From the NCBI RefSeq assembly GCF_031769215.1, contig NW_026782331.1:124001-188000 (forward strand): DNA of 64,000 bases, written 5' to 3'. Source of the stretch: Ylistrum balloti (Eukaryota). Shown piece by piece: positions 1-13,565 of this stretch. How positions within the stretch are numbered: position 1 is the first letter of the stretch; every line of letters begins with the position of its first letter. The notes under the pieces are model-generated. The model was not told the origin of the DNA. It saw nothing but the letters and a program-made list of their open reading frames with translations, and ran no database searches. A program made the position numbers and the translations under genes.

Positions 1-1041
1 AGACAAACGGGCTTTAGGAAACATCCATCTTCCAATAAACAAAGTGTACTCACTCAGACAAAATAATATTTACTCCACTTCATCACGAAATTAGCACAAT
101 TACTTCTGTTGGCGTCCACCAGGCCGAGAGGTCATTTCAGAGCATGTTATCTAATTTGTCCTCTTCCTAATCGCATTTCCTTTATGCAGTTTCGCACGAA
201 TGAAGGACTAAATATTATTTGCATTAATCATTTCTGGAGATATTAACTTACCAACGCCTGTGTATACAGACTACAATCGTGATGATATCATTTGAATATT
301 CTTCTGTGTCTGCCTATAGGCAACAGGACAAGTCTCGCCAAGATATCGCCTTTTCTCTATTCTCTGTTTCTCCACATAATATTTTCTCGATATTTCCGAT
401 ATTTCGATCCGACATTCTTTAACAGCTTCTGTCGTCTGTAATCACCAATTTTCTGTATATAATCTAATTACTTTGCGTTTATTACAAACGACACATTCCG
501 TTCGTTTGATAATGTCCTTTGAAGAAAGCGTCACTTTGGATTGAATAATTGTATCATGTTCATTTGTCTAGTTGTCAGCTGTAAACGCCAACAAGAAAAC
601 AGACAACAGTAAAACGTCTTCCAACGAGTAGACTGTAATGTGTTTGTTCGGTTAGACTTAGTCAATTTTACTTTTTAAAGCGATCTAACTTAGTCAATTT
701 CTCTCTATAACGCGATCTATATGCGATGTTTTTTCTGACGCGAAGTGAACAAACCATAAAGCAGAGAAAAATTTAAGACAATCACGTAACATACACTATT
801 GTAACTGTTCAATATTTATCCAAAGTTGTTGTTTGTAACAGCAAACCATCTGTCGTAAACATGAAATCTGAGTAAATCTGAAGATATTTTTGTATGTTTA
901 AGTAAGCACGATTTGATTTAAACATATTTTATTGTATCAATATATACATTGGGATTGGGCACAAGTTGGCCAACTTATATTAAGCCCTTTCCTGAAAACT
1001 ATTGTACAAACAAGATGGCATGTTTAAGTGACAAATGTATC

Positions 1042-1095
1042 AGAGAGAGAGAGACAGACATACAGAGAGAGAGAGAGGCACAGAGAGACAGAGAG
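1042..1095. repeat. (GA)n/(GACA)n microsatellite
   Basis: Direct reading: agagagagagagacagacatacagagagagagagaggcacagagagacagagag. Confidence 0.9.
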
Positions 1096-1498
1096 CTAAC
1101 AACACAATTGTAATATGACGTTTATAAAGATAATATAGTTAATATGGTCTCCCCTAGACAAGGACAACACCATGAACTGTTCACTTTACATTAAGCATGA
1201 TTTAACATTCATCCTTAAATTCTCACGATTATGCTAATCGATATATAATAAGAACGACAACTCCAGACCCAGCATTTTGACGTCCGTCTTTCCATCACGG
1301 CTCTTATTCTGATCACTGTAGCATGCTCGTAACTTTCCCAATTCATTCTACTTACTTCAGTACGGATCACGAGCCCGTAGGATATTTCTACAATGCATTT
1401 GCTTTCATCAATTGAAAAATGACAAATATGATTTATTTTTATTGACAATAACCATTTGTTTCGTCCCTACAATTACTTTATTGTTTTCCTATCCTTAG

Positions 1499-4400
1499 TG
1501 ACGTTGTGGAAGCACGTGATGTCCCAATGTTCGGAGGCACATGCGGTGGCCTGTTCCTGGTCACTGCTCCACCTACGTCACTACGAGGGGCTACTCCAGC
1601 CCCTGGGGGGCTTCCTTCCCGATTACAACGAAACCACGCTGACGGAGATATGTGGGTACGCATAATTTAATGGGAATTAATCTTTTAATTGGATAGTGTG
1701 TAGTTAAAATATGTCAAGTAAAGTGATTGATTTCGATCTTAGGGTATAACAGCTCTGGTTGTTAATTTTATCTTATTTATCTATTTATTTTTTTATTTAT
1801 TTTTATTTTGATTGTTTGTTTGTTTTTGTTATGTTTTGTATTTTTGTTTTGTTGTTTTTTAATGTGGGTGTTTTTGTTTATTTTGTTAAATTTTTGTGTG
1901 TTGTTTTTTTGTCTGTTTTTGTTATTTTTGTTTTTAAATTTGTTTGTTGTTTTGGGTTTTTTTTCTTATATGAACAGCTAGTATCTATTGGTCTTTAATC
2001 GTTTTGACTCTGATACGCACCAGAGAATACTTAACTGAAGGCAATGCCTTGATGTTTGTATTGATTTGATATGTGTATTATATTTTGATCTAGCGCCTAA
2101 TCTATAACGGCCATTAACATCTATAATCGTGTATATGTAATTATCTAAATACTGCTAATTTGTGTTGATGGCTTCAAGCCTTATTCGAAAGGTAAGTGTA
2201 CATTATAAAATAATGCTTATATGGTTGCTGATAGCAAACTTACGATGGGTACTGGTGCCATTTTTCAGTTTTTCTTTAAGTAAAGCTTCAAGCATACTTC
2301 TAAAATTTAGTTTGGTATTTTAACGGTTTTTAGTTCATTTTTTCTGTGTTAATATTTGAATACAATATCTCATTACGGCGGCTACTTAGTCTGTTCCAGA
2401 ATTACATGAGATGTTCAGAACCATATCTCCATCACTGCAAGAATAACACAGTGTTTCAACTCTACGAACTGGAAAGTGCCTTCAAACCGCTGTGTAAATA
2501 TTCCAAAGGTTAGTAAACGAATATCATGTATCTTTGAACGTTCCATTCACAAAATACACACAGTTTCACATCGTCTCCCTCACCCTATCCCTACCTTGAC
2601 TTTCACTCTCTTCTCATACAAGAAATCTTTCCGTACATGTTACATATACTTGTTACTTTTCCCTTCATTCTTTAATACTTTGTCTTCCACAAAGCAAAAG
2701 TTATCTCCCTTTGATTATCTCTCTTCCCGTTCTAAAGTTTTCTATGACAAAATCAAATGACTATTTATCTGTAGGTCAGAACTGAAGGCAGCGCTAACGA
2801 CGAAACTGATCGACTGCAACGTACTTGCAATGTCCTATGTTTTTAATATTACAAGTATTAGCGATTGGTTGATTATTTTCTGTCGGGAACCAATCAAATG
2901 ACCAGTTTGAAGCATTATATTTTCCTATAGCATATCCCTATAAAGAGAGTGTCACCACACGTCGACAGAACACTGACGTTCGTTGGTGAGACGATACCCG
3001 AACAGGGAGGAATCAAGGAGACGAAAAACCTGTTAACCAACCAACCAACCAATCAACCAACCGGTCTGCCCCAATGCGGTTTTTAACACGGTTTCATTTC
3101 CATGTTTTCTTCTTGAGAATGTGTTACCATTAGCTATCAAAGTACAAGACGAACTTCTTAAATAACTTTTCACCAGTCTTTGACATTTGTGCAATCTCGC
3201 AAAAGTACGAGTATTTCGGGAACGTAAGGCTAAAATGGTGAGTCCTTGGTCAAGTTGACCCTTTTGTACAAGGTACATCTTGACTGGTAAAGGATCTACA
3301 GTGATGTCAAGGTCCATTGGGAAACGGTATGAGTCTGTAACAGTCTGTCTCCAGACAAACACTGCTTACCATATATCGACCAATACTTACGAGGAATTAA
3401 GAAGCTGCACGTGGGTCTAGTTTTTGTATCTACGTGTTTTACCAGACTCGAGTCCAAACGTTTGGCAATTAATTGCCAATATGCCAATCACATGTCAATA
3501 AGTTCATGAATTAATTTTCTGCAACTCACTTTCGCTTCCATTTATGGAAATCGACTTCGCGACTTTCAAAAATAAAATGATATAGTACAAACTGAATTGC
3601 TTTTTAATCTAATCAATACACAGAACATTTTGACATGCAACAGGGTGTCCTATTGAATGAATTGTGAAAAGACACACAAGCGAATAGCATAAAGATAAAA
3701 AGCAATTTATATTCTTAGTTATTGTATGACTGTATTTTCTATTTTATCACAGATTAAGGCACGGTCAAGTATTCACTGAAATTTGTTTTAAAAAAAAGGG
3801 GGGGGGGGAGGACGAGAGGTTTCTGAATTGATTTCGCAAACCTCGCGTGAGAATCTATTAACCTTGGTCTAAAAATAATTACCGGAATTCATTCGTCTGC
3901 CAATGAAAATTTTGCGTGAGTTTTATTGGCTAGCTGTGTTTATAAAGTTATCAGTACAGCATGACGTCACATGTACAACTTCCGGTGATTTCCCTACGAG
4001 TCAGACGAAGGTTTGTACACAAAGATGGACTTCGAGAATAGGTTTACTACCGTAAACACGGAGGAAGCAGTTAAGATTCCAAACAAAAGAGTCAAGTCGT
4101 CTGACCTTCTCAATCATTTGCCCACCACCTCTGGGTCTCCCGGACCTGCGTGGGACAGTCACCGGGTACTGTTCTCCCGGAACTCTCTTCTCCACCACAC
4201 AAACCTAGCACATCCTTAATGAACTCCGCTGGGTTAGTAGGACATAAAGCAACAATAAACACCGGTGTTGAATCATATTTTACACAGTTATCTCCCCCTG
4301 TTTCTCCCATGCTTATTCTGTTTAACTTTTATAATAGTCTTTAATTAACACTCAAAACATAGACAACAAAACATTATGTTTTCGATATCAAAGCGTTTTG

Positions 4401-7400
4401 ACATTTTTATGATTTTTCAATTTGATTTTGTTTAAGCAGCACAGCCTGTTTTCAAATTCTTGATCGTTATGCGCTAGTGTTATGTTTTAATACTGGTGTA
4501 ATGCCAATCGCTGGTGTTATGTGAAATATTGGAAGTGGGTCAATGGACGTATTATTAAATCAACCAACTTTTCTCTTTTGTTCCGTTCATCATTATTTAA
4601 AAAATGTTGATGAATTTTGTGTTGAACTCTGTATAAGTACCAACTGATCGATGAGAACAAATACAATTTGCAATGAATGAGAATATATTGTCATTTGATG
4701 TAATTTTGCCATCCCTGAGTCACAGCTAGAATGCATTTTAATGAAGAATTTCACACGATGTCGGAAGCTATCGGAATAAATATGTATGATGGTTTGATCT
4801 GTGCACAGCCAAATCTGTCGGCGATGCCACGTTTTAAAGTTGTTGTAACAAAACTGTGTTATTTTATTACAGAATACGTAGCCCACAGATCGTGTTACCG
4901 ACGACTGGAGACGAATTTTGAGTGGTGCCAAGAGGAGCGGCAAAACAAATTAGAACAAAAGAAAACTGCAGATACCCAGTATCATGAATATATGTGCAAG
5001 TATGTGACTATCGCGTTTCTTGAGGGGAAAAATTATTTATAGTATTTTGTACTCACGTGTATTGTAGTTTTCATATATATAATTAAAAAGTTGTTTTCAT
5101 ATATATGTCCTATATCCCATATTATTGCATACTTAATGGTGTCCACTAGTTTCCCTCGTCAGATCTGTATAATTACGCGGGTCTATTATTTTCCTTCGTC
5201 TCACCTGTGTAATTACGGAGGTCCATTAGTTTCCCTCGCCTGATCTGTATATTTACAGGGGTCCATTAGTTTCCCTCGTCTGATCTGTATATTTACGGGG
5301 GTCCATTATTTTCCCTCGCCTGACCTGTATAATTACGGAAGTCCATTAGTTTCCCTCGTCTCACCTGTATAATTACGGAGGTCCATTAGTTTCCCTCGTC
5401 TATCCTGTATAATTACGGAGGTCCATTAGTTTCCCTCGTCTATCCTGTATAATTACGGAGGTCCATTAGTTTCCCTCGTCTGATCTGTATAATTACGGAG
5501 GTCCATTATTTTCCCTCGTCTGATCTGTATATTTACGGGGGTCCATTATTTTCCCTCGTCTCACCTGTGTAATTACGGGTGTCCATTAGTTTCCCTCGTC
5601 TGACCTGTATATTTACGGGGGTCCATTAGTTTCCCTCGTCAGATCTGTATAATTACGCGGGTCCATTATTTTCCCTCGTCCGATCTGTATAATTACGGAG
5701 GTCCATTACTTTCCCTCGTATCACCTGTATAATTACGGAGGTCCATTACTTTCACTCGTATCACCTGTATAATTACGGAAGTCCATTAGTTTCCCTCGTC
5801 TGATCTGTATATTTACGGGGGTCCATTAGTTTCCCTCGTCTGATCTGTATAATTACGGAGGTCCATTAGTTTCCCTCGTATCACCTATATAATTACGGAG
5901 GTCCATTAGTTTCCCTCGTCTGACCTGTATAATTACGGGTGTCCATTAGTTTCCCTCGTCTGATCTGTATATTTACAGGGGTCCATTATCTTCCCTCGTC
6001 TCACCTGTGTAATTACGGAGGTCCATTAGTTTCCCTCGTCTGACCTCTATTAGTTGGTAGTGTTATTTGCTGAAATTACAAAACCCATTTTAGGTCCCTC
6101 TTATTTCGCGTGAATACTTAAATAACAATGACCGTTTATGTTTAGGAAGAATGAATGTGTTTTGATGTTTCTAGATTTTACGATGCACAAATTAGCCCAG
6201 AGCTAAGTTCCAGTCTTGTTGATTTACTCTTCTGGAAACAAATCCATACTGTTTGTGGACTTCACTCACGGATAATTTTCTAGTTATGTCCAAAAACCGT
6301 CCCTTCATAAAAGGCATTGTTGCGATAACTTTCTCTCCGGAGTGAACTAAACTTCTATAAATTTGAGAATATCCTAGAATTTAAACCCTGTTAGACCACC
6401 CAAAGTTATAACATATGTACAAATAAAATTATCTTTCGGCGCTTAAAAATTGACGTATTCCGTAACTTAACTATAAAACAAACAGATATCAACCCTGCTC
6501 TATCAGAAACTGGTTTCTTACTCCACTCTCTGGTTTGTGGTATGACGTTTATGAATAATTTGTTTGCATCATCAGCGAGCCAGTATTTCATTTACATTAT
6601 ATAATTATGTCTGTAAGCGAGTTGTCTGGTGGCACAGTGAAAAACGCAATAGAATTTCACTTAAAACGCCCAATTTAAGGATGATCCAATCGAACATGAA
6701 AAGCTACGCTTGTAGTACATCTAGGTTCCTCCCCGTGACAGTCAGTGTCCTAGCGTACTTTCATCAAGGACGATAACGGTTAAGCTATGCTTGTAGTACA
6801 TCTAGGTTCCTCCCCGTGACAGTCAGTGTCCTAGCGTACTTTCATCAAGGCCGATAAAGGTTACTATGATTTTTAAAGTTAATGAAAGTAATTATCATAA
6901 TTCATATTCAATATCGTTGAAAATTGGGTTATGAGAAATCAGCCTGAGTGAAAAAAATAACGAAAAAAATTATGAGAATACAGGAACATCAGGATTTGGC
7001 AGTGTAAAGCCCTACCATATTGGTCGCTCAACACCAACACGCAATGGTATTCAAGTTACTTTAGTTTAGAAAGAAATACCCAAACGATCACGTGCTGTAA
7101 CTTTTTATAGGGGTGAGTGTTATTGTCGATGCTTCCAATGACTGCTGGGTCAATTAAGATACTTGTATGTGTTAGTGATAATTATCATTTGTAACTATAC
7201 ACTCTAATAAAGTGGACTAACTTTTGTTTTTCAGCGTAACGAATGGATACGTGCAGTGCATCTTCACAGCAACTTTCCTGAGGTGCTCCATGGGTGCTGC
7301 TAATATATACTATGATATAATTAACCAATCGGTGTCCTCCTTACTAACTCACGTGGCGTCATCCCATTGTGTAATACGTCATCCACTTGAAGCGATTCCG

Positions 7401-7610
7401 GTGTTTACCACCACGACATCTACAACGACAAGGGCGACAACTCCAATGGAAGCTACTCTTCGGAAAACTACAGATCCGGCTTTGGAAAGTACGTCACGGA
7501 ACTCCCATCACATGTCAGGGGGCCGTGAAATCACCCCTTCTTATTGGTTCATAACGTTAATATTTCTAATCAAAACGATAGCATTATATCTAACAAGTAT
7601 ACGGACGTAA
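1499..7610 (+). CDS. Spliced gene for a Cys-rich secreted/membrane-anchored protein (DUF19-like Cys spacing, Thr-rich stalk, hydrophobic C-terminus resembling a GPI signal/TM). Exons 1499-1655, 2390-2508, 4873-4999, 7235-7610; candidate start exon 556-580.
   Basis: All four exons have AG/GT boundaries, and their phases chain (1-2, 2-1, 1-2, 2-stop) into one frame: VTLWKHVMSQCSEAHAVAC...TEICG/LFQNYMRCSEPYLHHC...PLCKYSK/EYVAHRSCY...YMC/NVTNGYVQC...TTTTSTTT...YWFITLIFLIKTIALYL. The candidate start exon (MFICLVVS, phase-1 donor at 581) would complete a signal peptide and give 267 aa. The family label is from recollected Cys spacing only. Confidence 0.72.
3925..3985 (+). promoter_or_regulatory. 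Cluster of CCAAT (ATTGG 3925), CRE (TGACGTCA 3962) and ETS (ACTTCCGG 3978) motifs inside intron 3 of gene 1
   Basis: Motifs are seen directly, followed by an ATG at 4025 opening a short ORF. Function is unproven. Confidence 0.3.
5141..6045. repeat. 40-bp minisatellite, ~22 copies (gtccattagtttccctcgtctgatctgtataattacggag), intronic
   Basis: Exact 40-bp periodicity of gtccatta visible throughout. Confidence 0.95.
6701..6862. repeat. 81-bp tandem duplication (2 copies)
   Basis: aagcta(c/t)gcttgtagtacatctaggttcctccccgtgacagtcagtgtcctagcg... at 6701 and 6782. Confidence 0.9.
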
Positions 7611-9138
7611 GGAATCCATTATTTTTCAAAATACAGATATGTTTTTATTTTTGTGATAATTTTGTACGTGGAGTTAAAGAATAGTGAACTACATATCAGA
7701 TAAGTACTCTCACCTGTTTGTTTCTTTGAAATGCAAGAATTTGTAAAATGCAAAGAAAGTGCGACATGGAATCCAAACCCGACGCTCGGTCTATATATAC
7801 ATTGTACAGTGTTACGTATCACGGTATTTGTATCGAACATACATGTATACGAAAATTTTGGTTCAGAATGCCTCGTCCCTTAGAGTCAATGCTAATTATA
7901 GAATTCCAAATTATTTGTTATCTATATAATGTTGTACTACTTTAATAAGTACACCGTGTATATTTGGTGGATAGACACGCGAGAAGTCACAATGAGACTT
8001 GCAAAGAAAAACGAGTTCTTGTTTAATACAAATGTATCTCAAAAATCTTTCAACGGTATATGTTTTTTCTTTTATTATTGTTCGTTGATAAATGAGCTTT
8101 AAAAATACAGCTACGACATTTTCATAAGTATTCGACTGCATTTTTAATGCACGATTTCGTGTAAAGTTTGTTAATGTAATGTTAACAGATTTCGTGTAAA
8201 GTTTGATTAAAACATATCAAGGTTATAGTGAAAATGTTTTCATAATGTTGAAATGTGTTGGTGTATTTTTTGTTTTTTTATTTATTTATTTCTTTTTTCT
8301 TTTAATATCATTATGACATTGGAACCTGACCTTGACCATTTATGCCCTTGAACTTCGATAACAAATATATTATATATCAAGAAATAAATTATATATAAAG
8401 AAGAACAGCTGATTAGTATTGTTAACATTTGATCAGGAGATATCAATCATATGAAAATGCATTTAATTTCATAACTTGTACGCATAACTTAAAAAAATGT
8501 GTGTTACGAGAGATATCTTTAGATCTTTAAATAGTGAGACGTGTTTTGTAACATTCCATCTGCTGGTTTGTATAACACTTACATGTTCTGTCAATAAACC
8601 TGAACGGTGGATCGTCCGGGTTAGTGAACTTAGAATCTTCTATCAAATAAAATATCTAAAAAATACAAAAGTCAAAGAGAGCAGTGATCAACCTACAATT
8701 TATTATCACGAGTCCTACTCATTTTTATTGCTACAAAAAATGGGTTCAGCACTGCAAAATTCAAGTATTTCCAGAAATTTCAGAAGTCGCATCGAAAGTA
8801 CAGGACTCGGAACACGCATGTAGATTAATCACTGAGAGAGTCATTTTAGTGTGATGCTTGTTTGTATGTGAATTGTTAATATTTTTTTTCAAGTTATTAT
8901 TTCAATTTCATTTATCCGTAATATATCTTATTTCCATGAAATGTTATCTCGAACAAGAAAAATCCGCATTAAAACCACTGATGTAGTAAAACATATTAAC
9001 ATAATCCATAAAGTGACCTCAATGAAATTTTGAGCGAAAAGGAATCAAATTCAACGTTATGCATTTTGTCATCACACCTGTAAGAATGTATATATATTGT
9101 TCAAGGTCAGCCTACGACGTTGAAATCTTCAAAGTCAG

Positions 9139-9203
9139 TGACGTCAAGGATGTTGTTGTGTTTATGACGTCACAATCAGTTCAGCCCATCAAAACTATAT
9201 AAA
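9139..9203 (+). promoter_or_regulatory. Two perfect CRE sites (9139, 9165) plus TATATAAA (9196); candidate core promoter with no assigned gene
   Basis: Motifs are seen directly with promoter-like order and spacing. Confidence 0.35.
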
Positions 9204-11087
9204 TATCTATTTGTGCATGATGAATGTTCCTATCCACTGAATATTAAGGCAGTATGTAAGTCAGAAACACCTATATGTAGATGTAACATAGACAAATCTA
9301 CCCTGTCCGCCGAATGTGTATCTTTAAAATCCATGACAACTCTTTTCCGAGTGAACTATAAATGTGCGATATATGATATCAAATAATTTGGAGAGTGATC
9401 GTAATCTGTTCGAGTTGATTCCGCAAAAGATGTCGTGTAAGGAACGACATCAATTAAATGACAAATCGATTTAGAAAATAGCTCCGGTAACGATCTATTT
9501 TTTTTTTTTTTTTTTTTTGTAATTATTCGACTTCAGAGTATTTTTCTCATTGTTGATATCTTTTCCCAAATCGTTTTCAAGAAAAAAAATGGCAATTAAT
9601 TCTGTAAAATCGGGCTACTCCCGATGGTCCAAAACATCTTGTCCTAATCAATACGTTTGTTCTTGAAAAACTGTGTAGAACAATTTGTTCGAAATACTTT
9701 AATCAATTAGATTCTCAGGTTCCGTTTTCGCGTGATTGTAAAATTTTTGACTAGAGACAGTAGTTTGGTTGAAATATCTCGCATTTATTTGCTTAATGTT
9801 TAAAACAGAACCTCTATGTTTAGCATGGCTGATCTGCGGTGCTCATTCAAACCTTATATAAGAATTGAAAGTTTGAAAGAGTTCAGCAGACCGATGAATT
9901 ATTATGTTACAGACCGACACAAAAAAAATGTACTTTCCGTGATCAACGACTATACGTAACTGTTCTGTCCCTGTATCGATTTTTGAGCCATTAGGAGTAA
10001 AATCTGCGTGTTTATATGTCCCTAACCTCTACAGCATTACGCATACATCATGTCAACACTCTATGTTCAAAGTAAACAAATTTCTAATAGACTTTCACAT
10101 AATCAATACACAATCCGGATTTTAAACCACAGTGCGATATGAATAAATAATTGCACATACTTATCAAGTTATCCTTTTTAATTTGTGCATAAACTATAGA
10201 TTTAATTTACAATATAAGTGTACATGATATGACGTTTAATTGTTTTCGTCCGGTTTTGGAGCCATTTATCTTAAAAAAAAAAGACTGAGTGTACATTCTT
10301 ATTAATATTGTTTTTGTTCTTTTTTCATACATATTTGTAGATGTGACCGCTCCACAAAGTCAATCAAAAATTCAAGTGATTCCAGAAAAATTCGTGTGCA
10401 TTTTAGATGTACAAGTTTTGAGTGCTTATCACAGTACATATGCTACGCAATGTTCCAAACCCCCGTCCCGCGCCCATCACACCTGTACTCCCATCACAGT
10501 TAAGAAGTTACAATTTGCATGTTCGTTCCCTTTTTTTGATAAGTATAGTTCGTAATTTCTGTAAAGAGTTACCTGTCTAATCCGAACCTAAATAATCAAG
10601 ACACCTGTGTAAACCAGAACTTCTGTTATAGGCTTTCCGTATATACTTACATTCCAGACTTGGTGTGCCATTTGGTGTTCGGTTTTGACAAGTCTCGTTA
10701 TGTCTGTTTATTGTTTGTTTGGAGCACGTGCATCAGACACGTTAAGGCATTGAATACATTTAATCTGGTCCTGAGGATTAGGATTCAGAACAGCAACAAA
10801 AATTGTCTCGTCTTCTTATTTCAAGTTCACAGTAAACGGAAATTGGGTATTCCGGGAAAATTCCGATAGAAGTTATGGATTTGGGAATATCCCGAATCTG
10901 TATCTTTGTATTCAATTCACAAAAGCGAAATGTGGGTATTTAGGCATTTGTGATTTCCATGCATCACATAAATTGTAGGGTCAACTTAAGATAACATAAT
11001 GAATATGTGTTTTGAATACGAACCTTATATCACCTGTTTTACTACGAAAAATAAAATATTTTCTTTATCGAATGACGTAAGCGTTAT

Positions 11088-12002
11088 ATGTTTGTAAACT
11101 TTGATACCGAGATGTCTTCGGAAAAATACAGTTATGTCTTCCACAACTTTGGTCAATTCGAGTTACTCCTAATTTTACCATCCCAGTATACTCTAGTTTT
11201 TACCATACTAGTAACCTCGGGCTTTACTATTCCAATAACCTCTGGCTTTACCATTCCGATAACCTCAGACTTTACTTTTCCAGTAACCTCAAGCTTTACC
11301 ATTCCAGTAACCTCAAGCTTTCCCAGTCGGGTAATCTCAGACTTTACCATTCCAGTAATCTCAGGCTTTATCATACCAGTCACCTCTGGCTTTAACAGTC
11401 CAGTGACCTCATGTTTTGGCATCCTAGTTACCTCAGGCTTTACTATTCCGGAAACCCCAGACTTTACCATTCATGTAACCTCAGACTTTACCATTCCAGT
11501 TACATCAGACTTTACCATTCCAGTGACTTCTGACTTTAACATTCCAGAAACCTCATGCATTATCATCCTAGTTACTTCAGGCTTTACAAGTCCGGGAACC
11601 CCAGGCTTTACCATTCAGGTAACCTCAGACTTTACCATTCCAGTTACATCAGGCTTTACCATTCCAGTGACCTCTGACTTTAACATTCCAGAAACCTCAT
11701 GCATTATCATCCTAGTTACTTCAGGCTTTACAAGTCCGGGAACCCCAGGCTTTACCATTCAGGTAACCTCAGACTTTACCATTCCAGTTACATCAGGCTT
11801 TACCATTCCAGTGACCTCTGACTTTAACATTCCAGAAACCTCATGCATTATCATCCTAGTTACTTCAGGCTTTACAAGTCCGGGAACCCCAGGCTTTACC
11901 ATTCAGGTAATCTCAGGCTTTACCATTCCAGTAACCTCCGGTTTGACCATTCCAGTAACCTCTGCTTTTACCATTCCCATTATTTCTGGCTTTACATTCT
12001 AG
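11088..12002 (+). repeat. 24-bp VNTR (gtaacctcaggctttaccattcca) with a 144-bp higher-order repeat x3; stop-free 304-codon + frame of (V)TSGFTIP repeats; possibly coding
   Basis: ORF track plus direct periodicity. Unit variation falls largely at third codon positions. Confidence 0.8.
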
Positions 12003-13271
12003 CAGTTTCTGCCTTTACCACTTCAGTTGTCCCTGTTTTCACTGGCTTATACTAACCTTACGACCAGGCCAGAATTGCGTGATTAAATAGATTCTATTCT
12101 TCGAAAAATTCTAGTAAGGAGATCTTTAAGTAAGTGGCCCGTAATTTGAGTTTTATATCTTAAAAAATATGTAATATTGTACCATATGGCGCCATCAAAT
12201 TACTTACAAGTTTCTCGTTTACTAAATATGTGTGACCATTTTACAACGATGTTGCTGCTATACTGTAACAGTACATTGGCCATAAATTGTTCCGATCAAT
12301 ACCTGCCCAGCACGACGTACAATAACCGCACCTGCTATACATCTTCAGCAGCAAAGATATAAATACTTAATGGCTGTTGTGTGTTTAAAGTAGAAAATGA
12401 TATTTGAAAACAAGATTTGACATATTTTTGTTACAATTTCGGCTTCTCATGTTAAAAATGCATATTTACTTTTCGCGCTTGCGATCTTTTTTTGTATTTT
12501 GTTATCACATGACCAACTGTCACGTGATCTACTGTAACTGTATATCACGATATGAGAAACATAGATCTACTGTAGCATAGTATTATCATGACCTAAATGT
12601 CCCAGTATACAATGTAGGTCCGTGACATCGTCTTTATATCTTTATATGGGGTACATCAGAACATCTTTTGTTACAAATAGATAAGATCTGAAAATCGATA
12701 AGTGAAATATTGCGTGATATTGTATTATGCAAAAAAAACTAAGTATATCAGAATAATACTTTCTTTTAAATAAACACGTGTTTGCAGTCCAACTTTGATG
12801 TCGATAACATTGGAAGATTATTATATTAAATAGTAATTATAGACATGCGCTGTCTCCTGTTAGAGATTGACTGCGTTGTTTGGAGCCGGGTTCGATTCCC
12901 CAGCGGACACGTATTCTTTACTAAAAGTAATATATAACCCATAATATACATGAATAAAGAACAACGATATAACCGCTGTTTCCTAATGTACCAGTACCAT
13001 ACAATATTGTCTGGTATTTCAAAGACGTGTCTTTTTTATATTCCATGACAGGAAACGATATTAGTGGATCGTTATGGTAGTTAGATACGCCAAGCACAGC
13101 AAATCATGTCTTGTGTCATCCGAAGTCAAGGTTTGCATCCGGGAAACTGAACATATATTAGTTAGGGTAAAAAATTGATCATTTTGCGTTTCGGTTTGTT
13201 TCTTTAAAAAACATTTAAGGCGTTATAAAACTCTTACAGTGGTAATTTGTTTGTGTCATATATCGACTGTG

Positions 13272-13565
13272 CTGGCGCCTCAAGGATCTAAAAAAATCTC
13301 GACACACAATCACAAGAAAACTATGGCAACGTGAAAGGGTCTGGCGCCTCTAGGGTGTGACAAATCTCGATACACAATCACAAGGAAACTATGGCAACGT
13401 GAAAGGGTCTGGCGCCTCTAGGGTGTGACAAATCTCGATATACAATAACAAGAAAACTATGGTAACGTGAAAGGGTCTGGCGTCCCCAGGATCACAATCA
13501 CAAGGAAACTGTGGAAACGTGAAGGGATCTGATACCTCCAGGACGTGACAAATCTCGATACATGA
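13272..13565. repeat. 68-bp tandem repeat, ~4.5 degenerate copies
   Basis: ctggcgcc/ctggcgtc at 13341, 13409, 13477; aatctcgatacacaatcacaagg recurs. Confidence 0.85.

Noticed and set aside
1759-1998. Hydrophobic Phe/Val-rich ORF as a membrane protein
   Set aside because: It is the translation of a T-rich low-complexity intron tract.
3033-3487. Minus-strand ORFs in intron 3 of gene 1
   Set aside because: No recognisable domain and no consistent exon chain.
5141-6045. 40-bp, 44-bp and 31-bp arrays as CRISPR
   Set aside because: They are contiguous repeats with no unique spacers and no cas genes, in a eukaryotic intronic context.
12889-12900. GGTTCGATTCCC as a tRNA gene
   Set aside because: Isolated B-box with no A-box or cloverleaf; at most a SINE remnant.
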